A DNA stretch of 64,000 nucleotides from Atractiella rhizophila. Its lineage: Eukaryota. The DNA lies in the NCBI GenBank assembly GCA_021432655.1, contig MU271372.1, positions 1 to 64,000 of the forward strand, read 5' to 3'. The notes below the pieces were generated by a model. That model saw only the letters and a program-made list of their open reading frames with translations. It ran no database searches and was not told the DNA's origin. The position numbers and the translations under genes are program-made. Positions 25,400 to 38,686 of this stretch are shown here, one piece after another (within the stretch, counting starts at the first letter, position 1; the number at the start of each line of letters is the position of its first letter).

Positions 25400-27540
25400 T
25401 GCAACTGACTCCAGCTATGGTGTAGCTGTCAGCAGGAAGGATGCTTGAGAGGAATAACAGACCTTTGTCACGAGCCTTCTTTGGTCACGGTTTGATGGCA
25501 TGAATAGGCTGGACTGGACCAGAGGCATCAGGTTTCTAGTCCCAAATAGCCCATGTTCTGTCTATGTTTGCAGCGCAGAGTTCTAGGATTGGGTCCTTAG
25601 CCTTGTTTTCATTATAAGGCACAGCCATGATCCGTTGGAGAATTGAACTGGGGATTTGACTAAGGTCAGGCCCAATCAAGACATTCTTCGAGCATTGGAG
25701 GCAGGCATTAAAGCGACCATTGTAGCAGTGACTTATTGAGTATTTATTGACTGCCTCATAACCACACTTGTTGCATTTCTATATCCATCCAGACTTACTC
25801 TGTTGCTCCATCAGCTCATTATCTCCTCAGGGGTAAAAAGAATACACCACTCTCATCAGCTCAACAACCACTTTGACTCCATTGGGATGACCTTTACAGG
25901 GAAGAGGGAGAGGGGCAGAGTGAGCCTTGACAAAAAGCAGATGTAGCTTTGGTTGTCAAGCCAGTCAATGTCAGACGCATCTGTTTGGTGAAAGAATATC
26001 TGTTCCAAGTTTGATGGTAGGCTACTGATGAACGGAGACCAATGTGGTTGGCAGTGGGCAGAGTTGAGGATGTCTCAGCAGGTATTGAGTCCATGCCACT
26101 TGGAATGTCTTCAATCTGAAAATTCATTTCTTCAAACAAATGAGCATATAAAAGACGCCATTGGATGAACTGAGGGTTCACTGAGTTGACTGTGATTTTC
26201 TTCATCTGAGTGGAGAGAATGTTGTCCTTGGAAAAGCTTAGGAGACGACACTCATGGGAGGAATCTGCATTTGCTGTGAACTTCTCCTCGCACACCTGAT
26301 AGGTGGTCTACTCATATGTCAGAACAGAGGGCATCAGCTACTATGGAACATACAAGAATGATGTTGCTCCCGGATGAGTTCCATCGATCGATGTGCTTTG
26401 GTGTCAGATAAGAGAAAGCAGATAAGGTAGCAGTTTGAACACTGAATTGGAGGCAGGGGCATGAGTGAATAATAAAGGATCCTGCCCTCTTCTAGGCAGA
26501 GGAAACAAAGCATCCACAGGTCATCTTCTCCTCTAACACCTTTCGGAGCAGGTATGTGATGGATAACCACTCCTTTCTTCTTGTTCTCCTATGCTCCTTT
26601 ATGGTCACATTCATCTGGTCTATTCACTTTTTGCTCCCTGGCCCGCCAGCACTTATCATCACTTGGACATTGTTGAAGCTATGATCCTGTTCAGATGGGA
26701 ACAATAGGGGGTGATGACAAACATAGTGATCTTGCTGGACATTTTTCTTTCTGCTGATTGCTCTGGTTAATGGCGTCCACAACAGACATTGTAAGCCACT
26801 TTTTCTTCAGAATGGAGAACTGGGTTAGGGCATGGATAGAGTGATGTAGTCTACCTACCTTCTCCTTTTCTTCGTTGAGAGCTGCATCCAGATTGAGAGA
26901 CTGCACAATCCCGTCAACCAGTTCCTTCACTAGGACGAGGTTTTCTTTTGTCGTTTCAGGGTTACAGTCTTGATTGATGTGATATGTGATGCGGCCTCAA
27001 AGCTCTGTGAGGAGAAAGATCTGTTGGACGTGTTCTTAAATCAACGGTCTGTACTTAAGATGACTGGTGTGGAAGTTGGGCATGACCAAGCAGTAATCAG
27101 TAAGGACTGGGCCACTTGCTGCCGCAATGGGGACACCAATAGCATCCAGCCAGGCCTTGTACCCCAGTTCCACTCACTTCTTGATCTTGACCTCAGGATC
27201 GAAGAGAGAGAGAATGTCAGTTGAGGTCCACTCTTACGTTCCACCTGTAAAGATGATATATCTGATCACATCGGAACTGGCTCCTTTGGTCACTGTTGAG
27301 TCCTGTATGAGGTGCCTGTGGACAGAGGATCGAATTCCATATCCGGTGCAGTGTTTGGAAACAGCGGAGAGTGGCTCAAAAGCAGTGCTCCAGATGGCAG
27401 CATCCATCTGGTTGACAAATGCCTGTTCATGAAGGAACACATCTATTAGAGCCATAGTCTAGATGGCAGCATCCATCTGGTTGACAAATGCCTGTTCATG
27501 AAGGAACACATCTATTAGAGCCATAGTCTACAAGTTTGAG
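25400..27540 (-). pseudogene. CpG-depleted pseudogene(s) with a Cys cluster, probable TE cargo
   Basis: A long frame from ~27455 to ~26334 is punctuated by in-frame stops. Cys motif KCNKC-x12-C-x7-CLQC at ~25690-25780. Confidence 0.45.
27392..27529. repeat. Exact 69-bp tandem duplication
   Basis: agatggcagcatccatctgg...gagccatagtct at 27392 and again at 27461. Confidence 0.95.
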
Positions 27541-28999
27541 ACAGCACCTGCTGAAGAAGTAAAATATCAAAAGGTTCTAATGGCAGTGGAGAACTTGTTG
27601 TTGTTGTCACAAGTATAAATGATTGTATACTTTTGTCACCAAACCTGTGCACATTCATCGTGGATCACAACAGAGAAATGTACAATAATTTGAAATGTGG
27701 ACCCTCTCTCATATCTTTCCGGTTAGTTGAACAATCACATTTTGTGGACGATCAGAGATAGCTTAATATGTGAGATCAATATGTCTAACTCATTGATACT
27801 ACGCTTCTATAAATAACCGTTATTACAGTGTCGAACAAATATCCCTCTGATTCCTCCTTCCTTCCAACCTGCCTTAACATGGATAATCATGTCCAGTAGT
27901 CATCTCCTTGGCCTTATCTCCTGATCCTTCTGCATGAGGTCTTTCTTTGCCTATAAAAGGATGGGTAATACAGTAGTGGAAACTAATTGAGCTGAGAAAT
28001 GTGAAAGAAAGAAGGTAAAGTCAGTTGAAAAGAACGTGAGTAAGAATAAGTGTGAGAGGAACAAGAGAGCAGGGTTGCGGATATGAGGGCATAAGAGAAG
28101 AAGAGCTGCTGAGGGAGGATGATAGGAGGGGCAAGTGATATGTCAGATCCTAACAAGGCTGACAGAGAAGTTACAGCGGTACCCTCTTCTTGTCTCCTCA
28201 TTCACTCTTGCTCATACAATTGCAGCACTGTGAAAGAAGCTGTATAGCTTGCTAAAAAGGCAGGGTTTGCAAAAGATATTAAAGGCAGAGAATGCAGCTT
28301 GTAAGCATGCTTCAGTTTTAGAGGCAGAATACTATATCCCAACTGATTACAAATGGCTGAATCAGAAAGCAGATAAATTATGAGATTCTGAGCTGAATAG
28401 TAAGATAAATAATGGCTGGATTGGAAACCCCGAACAAAAAGCTGAAAAGGGTTCAGTCTACATTGGCCACTTGTTTGGTGTATACAAAAGCAAAAGTAAA
28501 TCTTCAAAACAAAGGAGGCAGCATGGAGTGTAACAGACAAATTAGAGGATATCATTCTATCAATGCAGTAATATAAACTTATAATATAGCCTCTGTTTAC
28601 AAGGCAAACATCCTTTTCTAACTCCTTCTTCTATATCTGGCCATCTTTCTTGCTAGTTGATCTGTGTGCCCATGGCTATAGCCAGTGGGATCTCTACTCC
28701 ACAATTCTGTAATAAAGAGGAGTCCTATCACTTAAGTCCACCATACAAAGAGGAGTAGGAAATTTGTTTCTGGGGTTGTTGAAGACACACCTTTTCCGTG
28801 TTAAATGCTTCAGAAGAATCATTCTTTTTCAATCATCACCAGGTCTCACAATCACCTTGGGCTCAAATATGGCCATTGCCTAAGTCAAACATGCCCATAC
28901 CTATCGAGACCCTTGCTCTATGATTCTTTACCAGTTTGAACTTTGTCAGGAAAGTTTGGGAAGAGAGGTTAAGTTTTGGCCACATACTGTCAAACAGCA

Positions 29000-29800
29000 G
29001 AGAAGAAGTTGTATGGGGACAAAGGTTAAAGGAAACTGTTAAAACTATGTGTGTGGCTTCATTTAACCCTTCTCTGCCTGCTTTGAAGGTTCCTCTTAAT
29101 TAACTTGCTGGCTTGTATTTGTTGTTTTTTTTTAGCACTTTCAAAGAACTCATATCCTTCCCAGAAGGTGCTCTGAGCAGTAATTTTTCCATCAAAGTGC
29201 AGCCTACATCTGTTAGATGGCCATGTTGAAATGTAGAAGCTTACTGATGCTCTCCCTAACAAGCCCTTTGTAAAATAGTACACATGTAGCAATGAAAAGA
29301 GCCAAGAATTACAGGATCAGTCTGACCACAGCAGAGCTTGTGAATATACACAAGTTCCTACAGAACCCTCTGAGCTGGTGTAAAGGTTAAAGAGGAATAA
29401 TTGTTCCACTATGAGATTCGACCTGTAGCATACCTTTCTCTATTACACTAGTTATTATGTTCAACAGTCTGTTATCTCCTCATATTGATTGTAGTAATTG
29501 CCACTATGGTGCCTCACTGGATCACAGACATCTTTGCTAGTCAGAGGTCCTGTATTAATAATATATTTACTGACTGAAAGGTATAGGATTAGATTTCAAG
29601 GCAAATGGTAGATCTGATGAAGAAAGTAGCTGAATGCCTCTTTCTTCTATGTGAAGTTGGTATTTGCATTGAAAAGATCCATCAGAAATCATAACAACTG
29701 GAACTCTCAAGCCAAGAAGGATTTGAAAAGGAAAAGATAAGATGGAATAGGCTTATTCAAGTTATAGCTTTATGAACAAAATATTATATCATTTAGTACT
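29000..29800 (+). pseudogene. Internally deleted, CpG-mutated relic of the TET/JBP-like gene
   Basis: Colinear with ~30510-32450: acaagccctttgt.., tctcctcatattgattgtag (H-x-D), gcctcactggatcac (distal H) and the 3' end. Confidence 0.85.
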
Positions 29801-31144
29801 AAACCCTGGGACAAACCTCTTCGTACCATTAGTTTAACAAAATACATTACAAGTTTCATCCAGCTATCTATTCCAATATATTAAAGACAGTAATAATGTA
29901 AGTTTCAGCCACAAGTATAACATGATTGAGCTTTAGTTTTTGCACATGTAGGATCCAGGAACTTAGTACTAACATCGCCAGAGTTGTTTCAGCTGTTCAC
30001 CAATCCAGATACACATGAATTGAGACAGTTTTACAGGAATACCCACTTTTACAATAATGCTCTTTCCTTTACGTCTCTTAGGGTCAAGTAGCCACCTATC
30101 CCTGGGCATGGAGTTTATGCTTGCTGGATTCAAGAGAAGCTTTGCCATTGCATTGGTGCTTTGCTTCTGGAATCTGAAGATGAAGAAAGGTTTGCAGAGA
30201 TATGCTAGATTCTGAAGAGCAGATTTGTCAAAGAATACAGACTGTTGGAGGAAACAAACTTAAGGAAGGGGCATTGACAAAGTTGCAAGACATGATATGG
30301 CAAGAAGAAGAATCAGGAGCTACTGCAGGTGTCATAAAAGATATTGCGGTCAAACTCTGATGCCCCAATGGTTTGAACTTTTATGAAAAAGTCAGTGATA
30401 AAAATGTCAACTATCTCCCCTATGATTTCCAGTTTTATTCCATATGGAGTGCTAGGTTGGCACACATACATTTCCGTTTATCATGGCAATCTGTCTCAAT
30501 GTGGTCCAAGAAGTTGTATGGAACAAAAGGTTAAAGAAAACTGTTGAACCTACGTATGTGGCCTCATTCACCTGTCAGTTTGCATCTTACACAAATCGGT
30601 GCCCGTTTGCCCATCTGCATTCTACGCGGATCAGCGCTCCATCACCACTCTGCATCTCCTGTCGCCCATTCACGCTCACATCACCACTTAGCCCAATTGT
30701 GTCTATTCTCCTCTTATCAACCCCAAGTAATCCCACTGTCGCTTTCCCTTTTTGGTTCTCTTATATGTTTCATCTACTCTCCTCTACACTTTGTGGCAGT
30801 GTTATTCTGCTTGTATATAGATTGGAGAGTAGTGGAGCTGACCTTAGAGTATTCTCTTAGGTTTATCTCTACTACAGGTTAGTCTTCTTATATCATATTG
30901 TGCTCTTAGGTTTATCTCCACTACAGAGTTGCTGTCCTGCATTCTCTTTCCTTCTGTTGGTTGTCTTCAGCGCATTAGAAGAACTGGAATCTTGCCCTTA
31001 AGGCGCTCTAGACCGTAACTTTTCAGTCAAAGCCGCTCAGTATGCTGGCCTACGACTTTTCGATGGCCAAGTTGAACGCAGAAGCCCACTGACGATGAGC
31101 TGAGAGTGCCTGACAAGCCCTTTGTTAAGAGTACACACACAGCA

Positions 31145-32394
31145 ATGAAGAGAGTGAAGAATTATAGGGTCAGTCTGACCACAGAGGAGCTTGCGAAATA
31201 TGCGCAGGCTGCCACAGATCCCTCTGAGCTGGCACAAAGGCTGAGGGAGAATAAGGCAGTTGAGGTGGCTGCAGACACCTGTATATGGTCACAGGACAAC
31301 AAACCAGTGGCTGTTTTCTTTAAAAAGGGCCTGGCAATACCATTTGGCGCTCAATTTTCCTTGAGGACAAGGCAAAAGACAGCTCGTTTCTACTACGCCT
31401 ATGGGAAATACGTCGCTCTTCAAAACTTGAATGTGGGTGGGGGGATGATGTACAAGAACCTGGGAAAGGAAAAGAGGCATAAGATGCCTAGACGAAAGCG
31501 GTACCATAAGGCAATGATGCAGCAAGGGCGGCCGGTTGGTTTGCAGTATATTGCGCTCTGGCATGAAAAAATCAAAAGGAATCAGGATCCTGTTCCTTGT
31601 GCCAGCATATTTCAAGGATCAAGAGGGCAAGTTCTTTTTAACAAGCTTTCCTTGAGTATATTGAATTAATTGGTCCTATCCTAGATATGCCATTAATCGT
31701 TTCGCCATTCGACAACTTGCTTCGCATCTCCAAATTCTAGTGGCAATGTATATCACCATCTCTCCTCGCGCTTTCCTCAGAATCAACGAACTCTTCAAAT
31801 TTATCCGACACACCGAGGCTCCCCTCTGGGATTTGACTTCGATCACAACTTTCTCCACCGGGCTAGTTCTCATCTTCAACAGTCAGTCGTCTCCTCATGT
31901 CGACTGTAACAATACCTTCTACTCGCTTGATACCATCAGCACTGTAGGCAGCTACGAAGGGGGTGACACTATGATTGATATTGGAGGGGTGGACTTTCGA
32001 GTTCGACAGCGACCAGGCGACATCCTCTTTCTTCTCGCCAGCGCGGCGCCTCACTGGATCACGGACGTCCTTGCCGGCGAGAGGTCTGTATCAATACGTT
32101 TACCCACCAAAAAGTACAGGATTATATCTCAAGGCAAATGGTGGATCTGACAAAGACAGGTGCCGAATTTGAAGAGTGAGTCCTTTCTTCCGTCTATTTG
32201 CTTGTGTTGATGAATAGATTAGTTTCTATTCGTTTGAAGCTTTCGAAAACCAGGCAGCAGCGAACGAGAGGTTCAAAGCAAAAGAATTCAAAGAGCTACA
32301 GGAGGCAAAGGCAGTATTTGCAGCAAAACGGGCTGTCAGAAATAGCAACGACTGGAACTCGGCAGCCAAGAAGAATCTAAAGAGAAAAAGATGA
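31145..32394 (+). CDS. TET/JBP-like 2OG-Fe(II) dioxygenase, near-intact (1-nt frameshift at ~32086; another upstream at ~31076)
   Basis: FNSQSSPHVDCNN (H-x-D at 31896-31904), VGSYEGG, QRPGDILFLLAS..PHWI (distal His 32052) and GER (Arg 32082). GC-AG intron 31627-31684; last exon ends NLKRKR*. Confidence 0.8.
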
Positions 32395-33445
32395 GATGGA
32401 TTCCATATTCCAAGTGACAGCTTTATGAATGAAATATTATCATTCAGCATTGCCGCTCCGTATCTTTGCATTTTTCTGTGCCTGAGCTGCAACGGATCTA
32501 TACAAAAAATAAAAGTTCATATTGAGGAAGAAATAATCTGTTGTTATTGTGGAATTGCAATGATTATTATTTCGCCTTTTTGAGTCTTTATATACTTGTA
32601 GAAACATTATTCTAGAACATTCAAGAAAAAGTAAGATAGTGAGAAACCAGAAAACACGAGACCAAGTAAGAATATTTTAGAACAAGTAATGACCACTCAA
32701 CTGAGATGGCAGGATGAACCGAGAACAACATAATCAAAGCGAAGAAGAATCTAAAGAAAAAAAGATGAGACATATTCTATATTCCAAGTTTTAGCTTTAT
32801 GAATGAAATATTATCATTTAGCATTGCTCTGGCAAGCAGACCTGTCGCCCAAGGGGTCGGAGACCGTCGGGGTTAAAACTGGTCAAAAACTGGTCGACTA
32901 GTTTTGTGCCGCCGGGGAACTGGTCTATGTCGGGCGCGCCGTGCATCCGAGGCCACGGACATGGCCAAATCTTCCTTCGAAAGAAGAGAAGAGTTCTCAG
33001 AAGAAAGCATGAATGGAATGAGGAAAAGAAGGAAGAAAGACGGACCCACAAACCCTAAGCAAAGGCGGAGGAAAGGACTGGTGTAGTTGTGCAAGTCCTT
33101 TTCTCCTTCTTCCATCTACCCATCCACCACACTTTCCTTTCCCATCTTCTCATCCACCTAGCTTCCTCCGACATCCTCTATTCTCTGATCTGTGAGTGTG
33201 CTTCTGCAGCACGGCAAAAAGGTGCACCTCTCTTGTTATGTCCATTCCTTTCCTCTTTGCATGAATGTTGTACTAACTATTATCTCCCAGTATTTTCTGT
33301 TTCAGCTTGCTTCTCACCTTCCGTCCACCAACTTCCACGGCCACTGCTCTCTTGTGCCCCGCCCCTCCTCATCGCATCCACTCTGTCCCACCCTTCACGC
33401 CTTCTCCCAGCAGAGTACCAGCTCATTGGACCTTATTCAATCGTC

Positions 33446-36400
33446 ATGTCTGCGCTTTCCTCCAACATCTTCGATCCCCTGTCGTGAAGGCACTGTGCAA
33501 ACAGGTGCTAGAGACCCACACTCGACAGAAGGCTGGGAAGAAGAAGGGAAACTGGCTTGTGGACTGGGAAACAATGTGGACAAGTGAATCGGTCAATGAT
33601 ACAGTGGAGAAATGGAAGAAAAATAAATATTGTGGGAGAAGAGGGGCAACTATTCTTTGCTGCCCAAGTGTTAGAATATAGGAAAATTGTTAACTGAGTC
33701 CTTGACAGCGAGGTATGCTATTCTGTACTTATTTTAAAGTCTCTGGGTTACAAGTAAAATGTAGATTAACCAAGGAGCTATTCCCACTGGCTTTCCCCTC
33801 TATGGACCTCTTTTCATTCCTCCCACTGCCGATTATGACAATTTACGGCGAAGAAACGTTTCTGACTGTCCGGAAAAATTTCTTGTTGAACCTCTCCTTG
33901 TCCTAACTCCTGAATACTTTCCTGGCTATAATATGGAGAAATGTCCAGTCAAAGGCTGCATGGCGAAAGTTGAAAAGCAGGGGCTGGCGCCAACTGGTCA
34001 TCGCTCAGTTTATGGGCTATCATGCAATTTGAAAGCAATTGGTTGTTCTCTCAAAATCAGACTCATGGCAAATGGAGCACAACCTCTCCTAACTTTTGGA
34101 GGGACTTTCAGCCATATGAATTAGGTATCGTGTATTTTTTAAAATGATTTAATAAACACATGACTAAGTTGCTTGCATAGATGGAATACCTTACTTCCGG
34201 GAGTCATCAGCTGTCACTCGAGAGCTGTTCAACTTTATTACAGAATTACGGCCAAAGACTGATGTTGGCAAACTGGGAGAAGCGATTCAGCGTGTGTAAC
34301 TACTGTCTTTGCTTAGAAAAAGCAACTTATACACTCTTTGTGTTTTGCAGAGCTACATTCGGAGCATGTCCAGCAGATTAAATGAGTTTGGCAACAGTAC
34401 GCTATTGAAGAACAGATTCGTCACAAATGGCCTTCCGGCCCGTTCAAGCCAATCTTGAAGCAGTTCCCAGCTGTTCTATCCAGAGCTGCCGATCCAACTA
34501 TAAAAGCCGATGCAATTAATCCCTCTCCATCATCTGACCTCATCAAGACAATCTATGAACACTGGATAGAGTGTGAGCATGGCCCAGAAAGCAACATGTA
34601 TTTGAAGACCCTTACTGGTATGTATTTTGGCTTATCTTGGCCCTCTATCCTAATAAACCACCAGGTCTTTTGTTAGGCCTCAATGCAACCCTCAAGGTCA
34701 CCAAGAAGGCAAACATTTACACTACCGTGAAGGAGACTGGTGGTCGTCAAAAAGTACAAGTTACAAAATATTTTTGGTGGAGGATTGTTGACGATGGTAA
34801 ATGAGGACCGAGAACTTGTGGGATACGTAAGTTATAAGGTTGCTGTCATCTGTAAATTCAAGGCCTAATGATAACAATCCAGGAATTTCTTGTTGAAAAC
34901 TCACCGCTCGAGATGGGTCCACCACTTCAAGATTTTGCTCAACGTGCACGGCTCCTTGGAGTCGACTTTGAAGGTAGCGGGCAGGCATGTGTTGATCTCT
35001 GCTGTCAACATAGGAACAGTATCCTTCTCTATGTGCCCAAACTCTGGATTGGTCAGGATCTAGCTCATCTCGAAATGTGTGTCTTTGAAACAATTCCTCA
35101 TATCAATCCGGCATGAGCAGATTTCGTTGTGGCATTTCGAGAGGCAATCTTGAAGAAGAAGGCAGACTTGCATGGTGGGGTTGCTGAGTATTATTCAGTT
35201 GAAGAAAGCTTGGAGCGGCTTATGAAAGTTGAAGACAAGTTCAAGAAGAATCCTGATCTTTGGAACAAGTGCTGTGCCACATTCGAGCTTCAAAAAGGTC
35301 ACATTGCGAAGGGATGCCTTATTCCAAAGCATCAGCAACTCCCGTTTACGACATCAAATAATGAAAACTGGCATAATGCAGCTGGCGAGCCATTACAACT
35401 ATTCTGAGTGTCCTTCCCAATATCTTCTTCCGCAAAAACCTCCTTGTCAAAATTAAGAACCGCTCTCAGCCAGCTGACTCACCATCACGAGCATTTCGGA
35501 AGAAGGTTATTGACACTGGTACCCACCACATCTTTCTTGTGGATCGGAATCTTCGCCTGGAAGAAATCTTATACTCCTCAAGCCACCCTAAACTGCTGGA
35601 CGTCTTTTCGAAGCACGAGTTTGGATTGGTCAAGCGTGAAAAGCAGTATGTTTTCTGTACATGCTACTGGGAGTAGTACAGTTATTGATATTCCATGAGT
35701 TTAGATTTACAGGAGTTGACCTAGATCGCTATAAATCGAAGCGAAAGGAGCTCCTCCAAACTCTCAAACCAGATGATATCGAACACCACGAAGTGATTGT
35801 TATGGCTGTCATGAATGGAACGGTTGTCATGAATGGTGAGCTTCCTGTGGACTCTGATGTTGAAATGGAGGTGTTTCCGAAGGCTGTAAGTCTTCTCTTT
35901 CCTAGTCTTCTCAACATATAGAAACCTGAGAACACTCCTTTACAACATTCTGCGATCAGTTCATCTTGCTTGCCAGAAAAGCGCATGGCGACCCAATTGG
36001 ATAGTGAGGATGATGCCACTACTACGCTCGCCATCTCCTCCAAACACCCTCATCTAAATCGAGAACTTTTGGAGCCAGATATCAAGCCACCTCTGCTACC
36101 TTCTTTTTGGAACTTTATAAAATCGAAGGTGGAGGATTGTTGACGATGGTAAATGAGGACCGAGAACTTGTGGGATACGTAAGTTATAAGGTTGCTGTCA
36201 TCTGTAAATTCAAGGCCTAATGATAACAATCCAGGAATTTCTTGTTGAAAACTCACCGCTCGAGATGGGTCCACCACTTCAAGATTTTGCTCAACGTGCA
36301 CGGCTCCTTGGAGTCGACTTTGAAGGTAGCGGGCAGGCATGTGTTGATCTCTGCTGTCAACATAGGAACAGTATCCTTCTCTATGTGCCCAAACTCTGGA

Positions 36401-38433
36401 TTGGTCAGGATCTAGCTCATCTCGAAATGTGTGTCTTTGAAACAATTCCTCATATCAATCCGGCATGAGCAGATTTCGTTGTGGCATTTCGAGAGGCAAT
36501 CTTGAAGAAGAAGGCAGACTTGCATGGTGGGGTTGCTGAGTATTATTCAGTTGAAGAAAGCTTGGAGCGGCTTATGAAAGTTGAAGACAAGTTCAAGAAG
36601 AATCCTGATCTTTGGAACAAGTGCTGTGCCACATTCGAGCTTCAAAAAGGTCACATTGCGAAGGGATGCCTTATTCCAAAGCATCAGCAACTCCCGTTTA
36701 CGACATCAAATAATGAAAACTGGCATAATGCAGCTGGCGAGCCATTACAACTATTCTGAGTGTCCTTCCCAATATCTTCTTCCGCAAAAACCTCCTTGTC
36801 AAAATTAAGAACCGCTCTCAGCCAGCTGACTCACCATCACGAGCATTTCGGAAGAAGGTTATTGACACTGGTACCCACCACATCTTTCTTGTGGATCGGA
36901 ATCTTCGCCTGGAAGAAATCTTATACTCCTCAAGCCACCCTAAACTGCTGGACGTCTTTTCGAAGCACGAGTTTGGATTGGTCAAGCGTGAAAAGCAGTA
37001 TGTTTTCTGTACATGCTACTGGGAGTAGTACAGTTATTGATATTCCATGAGTTTAGATTTACAGGAGTTGACCTAGATCGCTATAAATCGAAGCGAAAGG
37101 AGCTCCTCCAAACTCTCAAACCAGATGATATCGAACACCACGAAGTGATTGTTATGGCTGTCATGAATGGAACGGTTGTCATGAATGGTGAGCTTCCTGT
37201 GGACTCTGATGTTGAAATGGAGGTGTTTCCGAAGGCTGTAAGTCTTCTCTTTCCCAGTCTTCTCAACATGAGAATATATTCATATTGACATGTTATAGAA
37301 ACCTGAGAACACTCCTTTACAACATTCTGCGATCAGTTCATCTTGCTTGCCAGAAAAGCGCATGGCGACCCAATTGGATAGTGAGGATGATGCCACTACT
37401 ACGCTCGCCATCTCCTCCAAACACCCTCATCTAAATCGAGAACTTTTGGAGCCAGATATCAAGCCACCTCTGCTACCTTCTTTTTGGAACTTTATAAAAT
37501 CGAACCAGTCCCCATCTTCCACAAGTATGGATGTGGAAGCACAACCACCACCAGTTCCTCTGCCTACGAATGTCTCCCAATCTCGAACATCACAGACCTT
37601 TACTTCAGCAACAGGCACTTCGTTTGCAGATTATCAGGAGAAGAGTACAATTCAAATGTACTCTGATGCCTTCTGGAAGCTTGCAGCCTGCCGACTCCAG
37701 TTCAAAGCTACTTCTTCAATGATGGAGACGCAGCTGAAGTTGTTTGCTGAGAACTATAATAACCCCCAGCTTATCTTGAACCCTGTGTATTACAATGCAG
37801 AGAAGGGTGTTCCGAAAGACAAAATCATTTGCGATGGTTTGGTGCTCAAAAGCGGTTTATTTGCAATCGAGAAGGATGTTGCTAGTCGTATTCAGAGAGT
37901 AGCCAGAGGAGACTGTGAGTTTGAACGCTTTTATTGACAAGAAAAGGAATTTACTAATAGTGTTAAGCAGCCATCAAACCATTCTGGAAACTACAAATGA
38001 CACTCCCTCCACCAGTGAAAGTGACATACATGAAGCCAACAAAGAAGGGCAACCTTGGAGCTGTAAAGACTTGTGGTCGATGCAAGAAGCAAAGGATGGG
38101 TATGATGAGAAGAATACAAACAACCACAGCGATGTCTGTGACGACAACTTTATGCATTGGTCCAAAGTTCCGTACCCACTGCCCAAGACCAACTTACGCA
38201 ATGTCCCACTCTGCAAGAATATGTTGGGGAAGTGGAGCACAGACGAGAATGCGGTAAAGAAGTTTTTCACGGATATCAAGGATGGGAAAGTGCCAGATGT
38301 TGATCAATCGGTGGAGATGGTCAACATGCGAGTTTTTATGGCAATGACATGGGTAGAGGAAAAGATGGACTGGGTTTTGACAAAAGAAAGGTTGCATATT
38401 GAAGTGGGGAAGAGAAAGCAGTGGTTCACTTAG
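33446..38433 (+). pseudogene. RNase H-fold DDE transposase of the D-x-x-H type (DUF6729-associated-like), disrupted
   Basis: Zn-finger-like KCPVKGC..GHRSVYGL, LNATLKVTKKA (first D decayed to N), GGLLTMVNE, VDLCC, QDLAH, HIAKGCL, NENWH. Stops, frameshifts and an internal duplication. Confidence 0.7.
34776..37504. repeat. Near-identical tandem duplication (34776-36127 and 36128-37504)
   Basis: Identical ORFs offset by 1352 nt. The differences I could see are a 25-nt intronic indel and a C/T change. Confidence 0.95.
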
Positions 38434-38686
38434 TGAGTAGTCAGATGCGAATGGATATCTTTTGTGATTTTCAGTCCGGGACGAATAATGCACCAGCCTC
38501 CACTTTTGAAATTTTTATAATGATCACGTCAACTATTCTAAAGCAAAGGCAAATTTTGAGCATTTATCTGATCAATTACAGCTGCAGTTGCAAGAGGACT
38601 GAATGCACTGTTGCGGAGTCAGACAATGTAAATATAATGTGAGTTGATGCTCTGCTTTGTTAATATCCCCTCAATGCTAATAATCC

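Noticed and set aside
33446..38433. Assignment to KDZ or Plavaka transposases
   Set aside because: I could not recognise CxC domains or KDZ/Plavaka core motifs; left as a DxxH-type DDE pending an HMM search.
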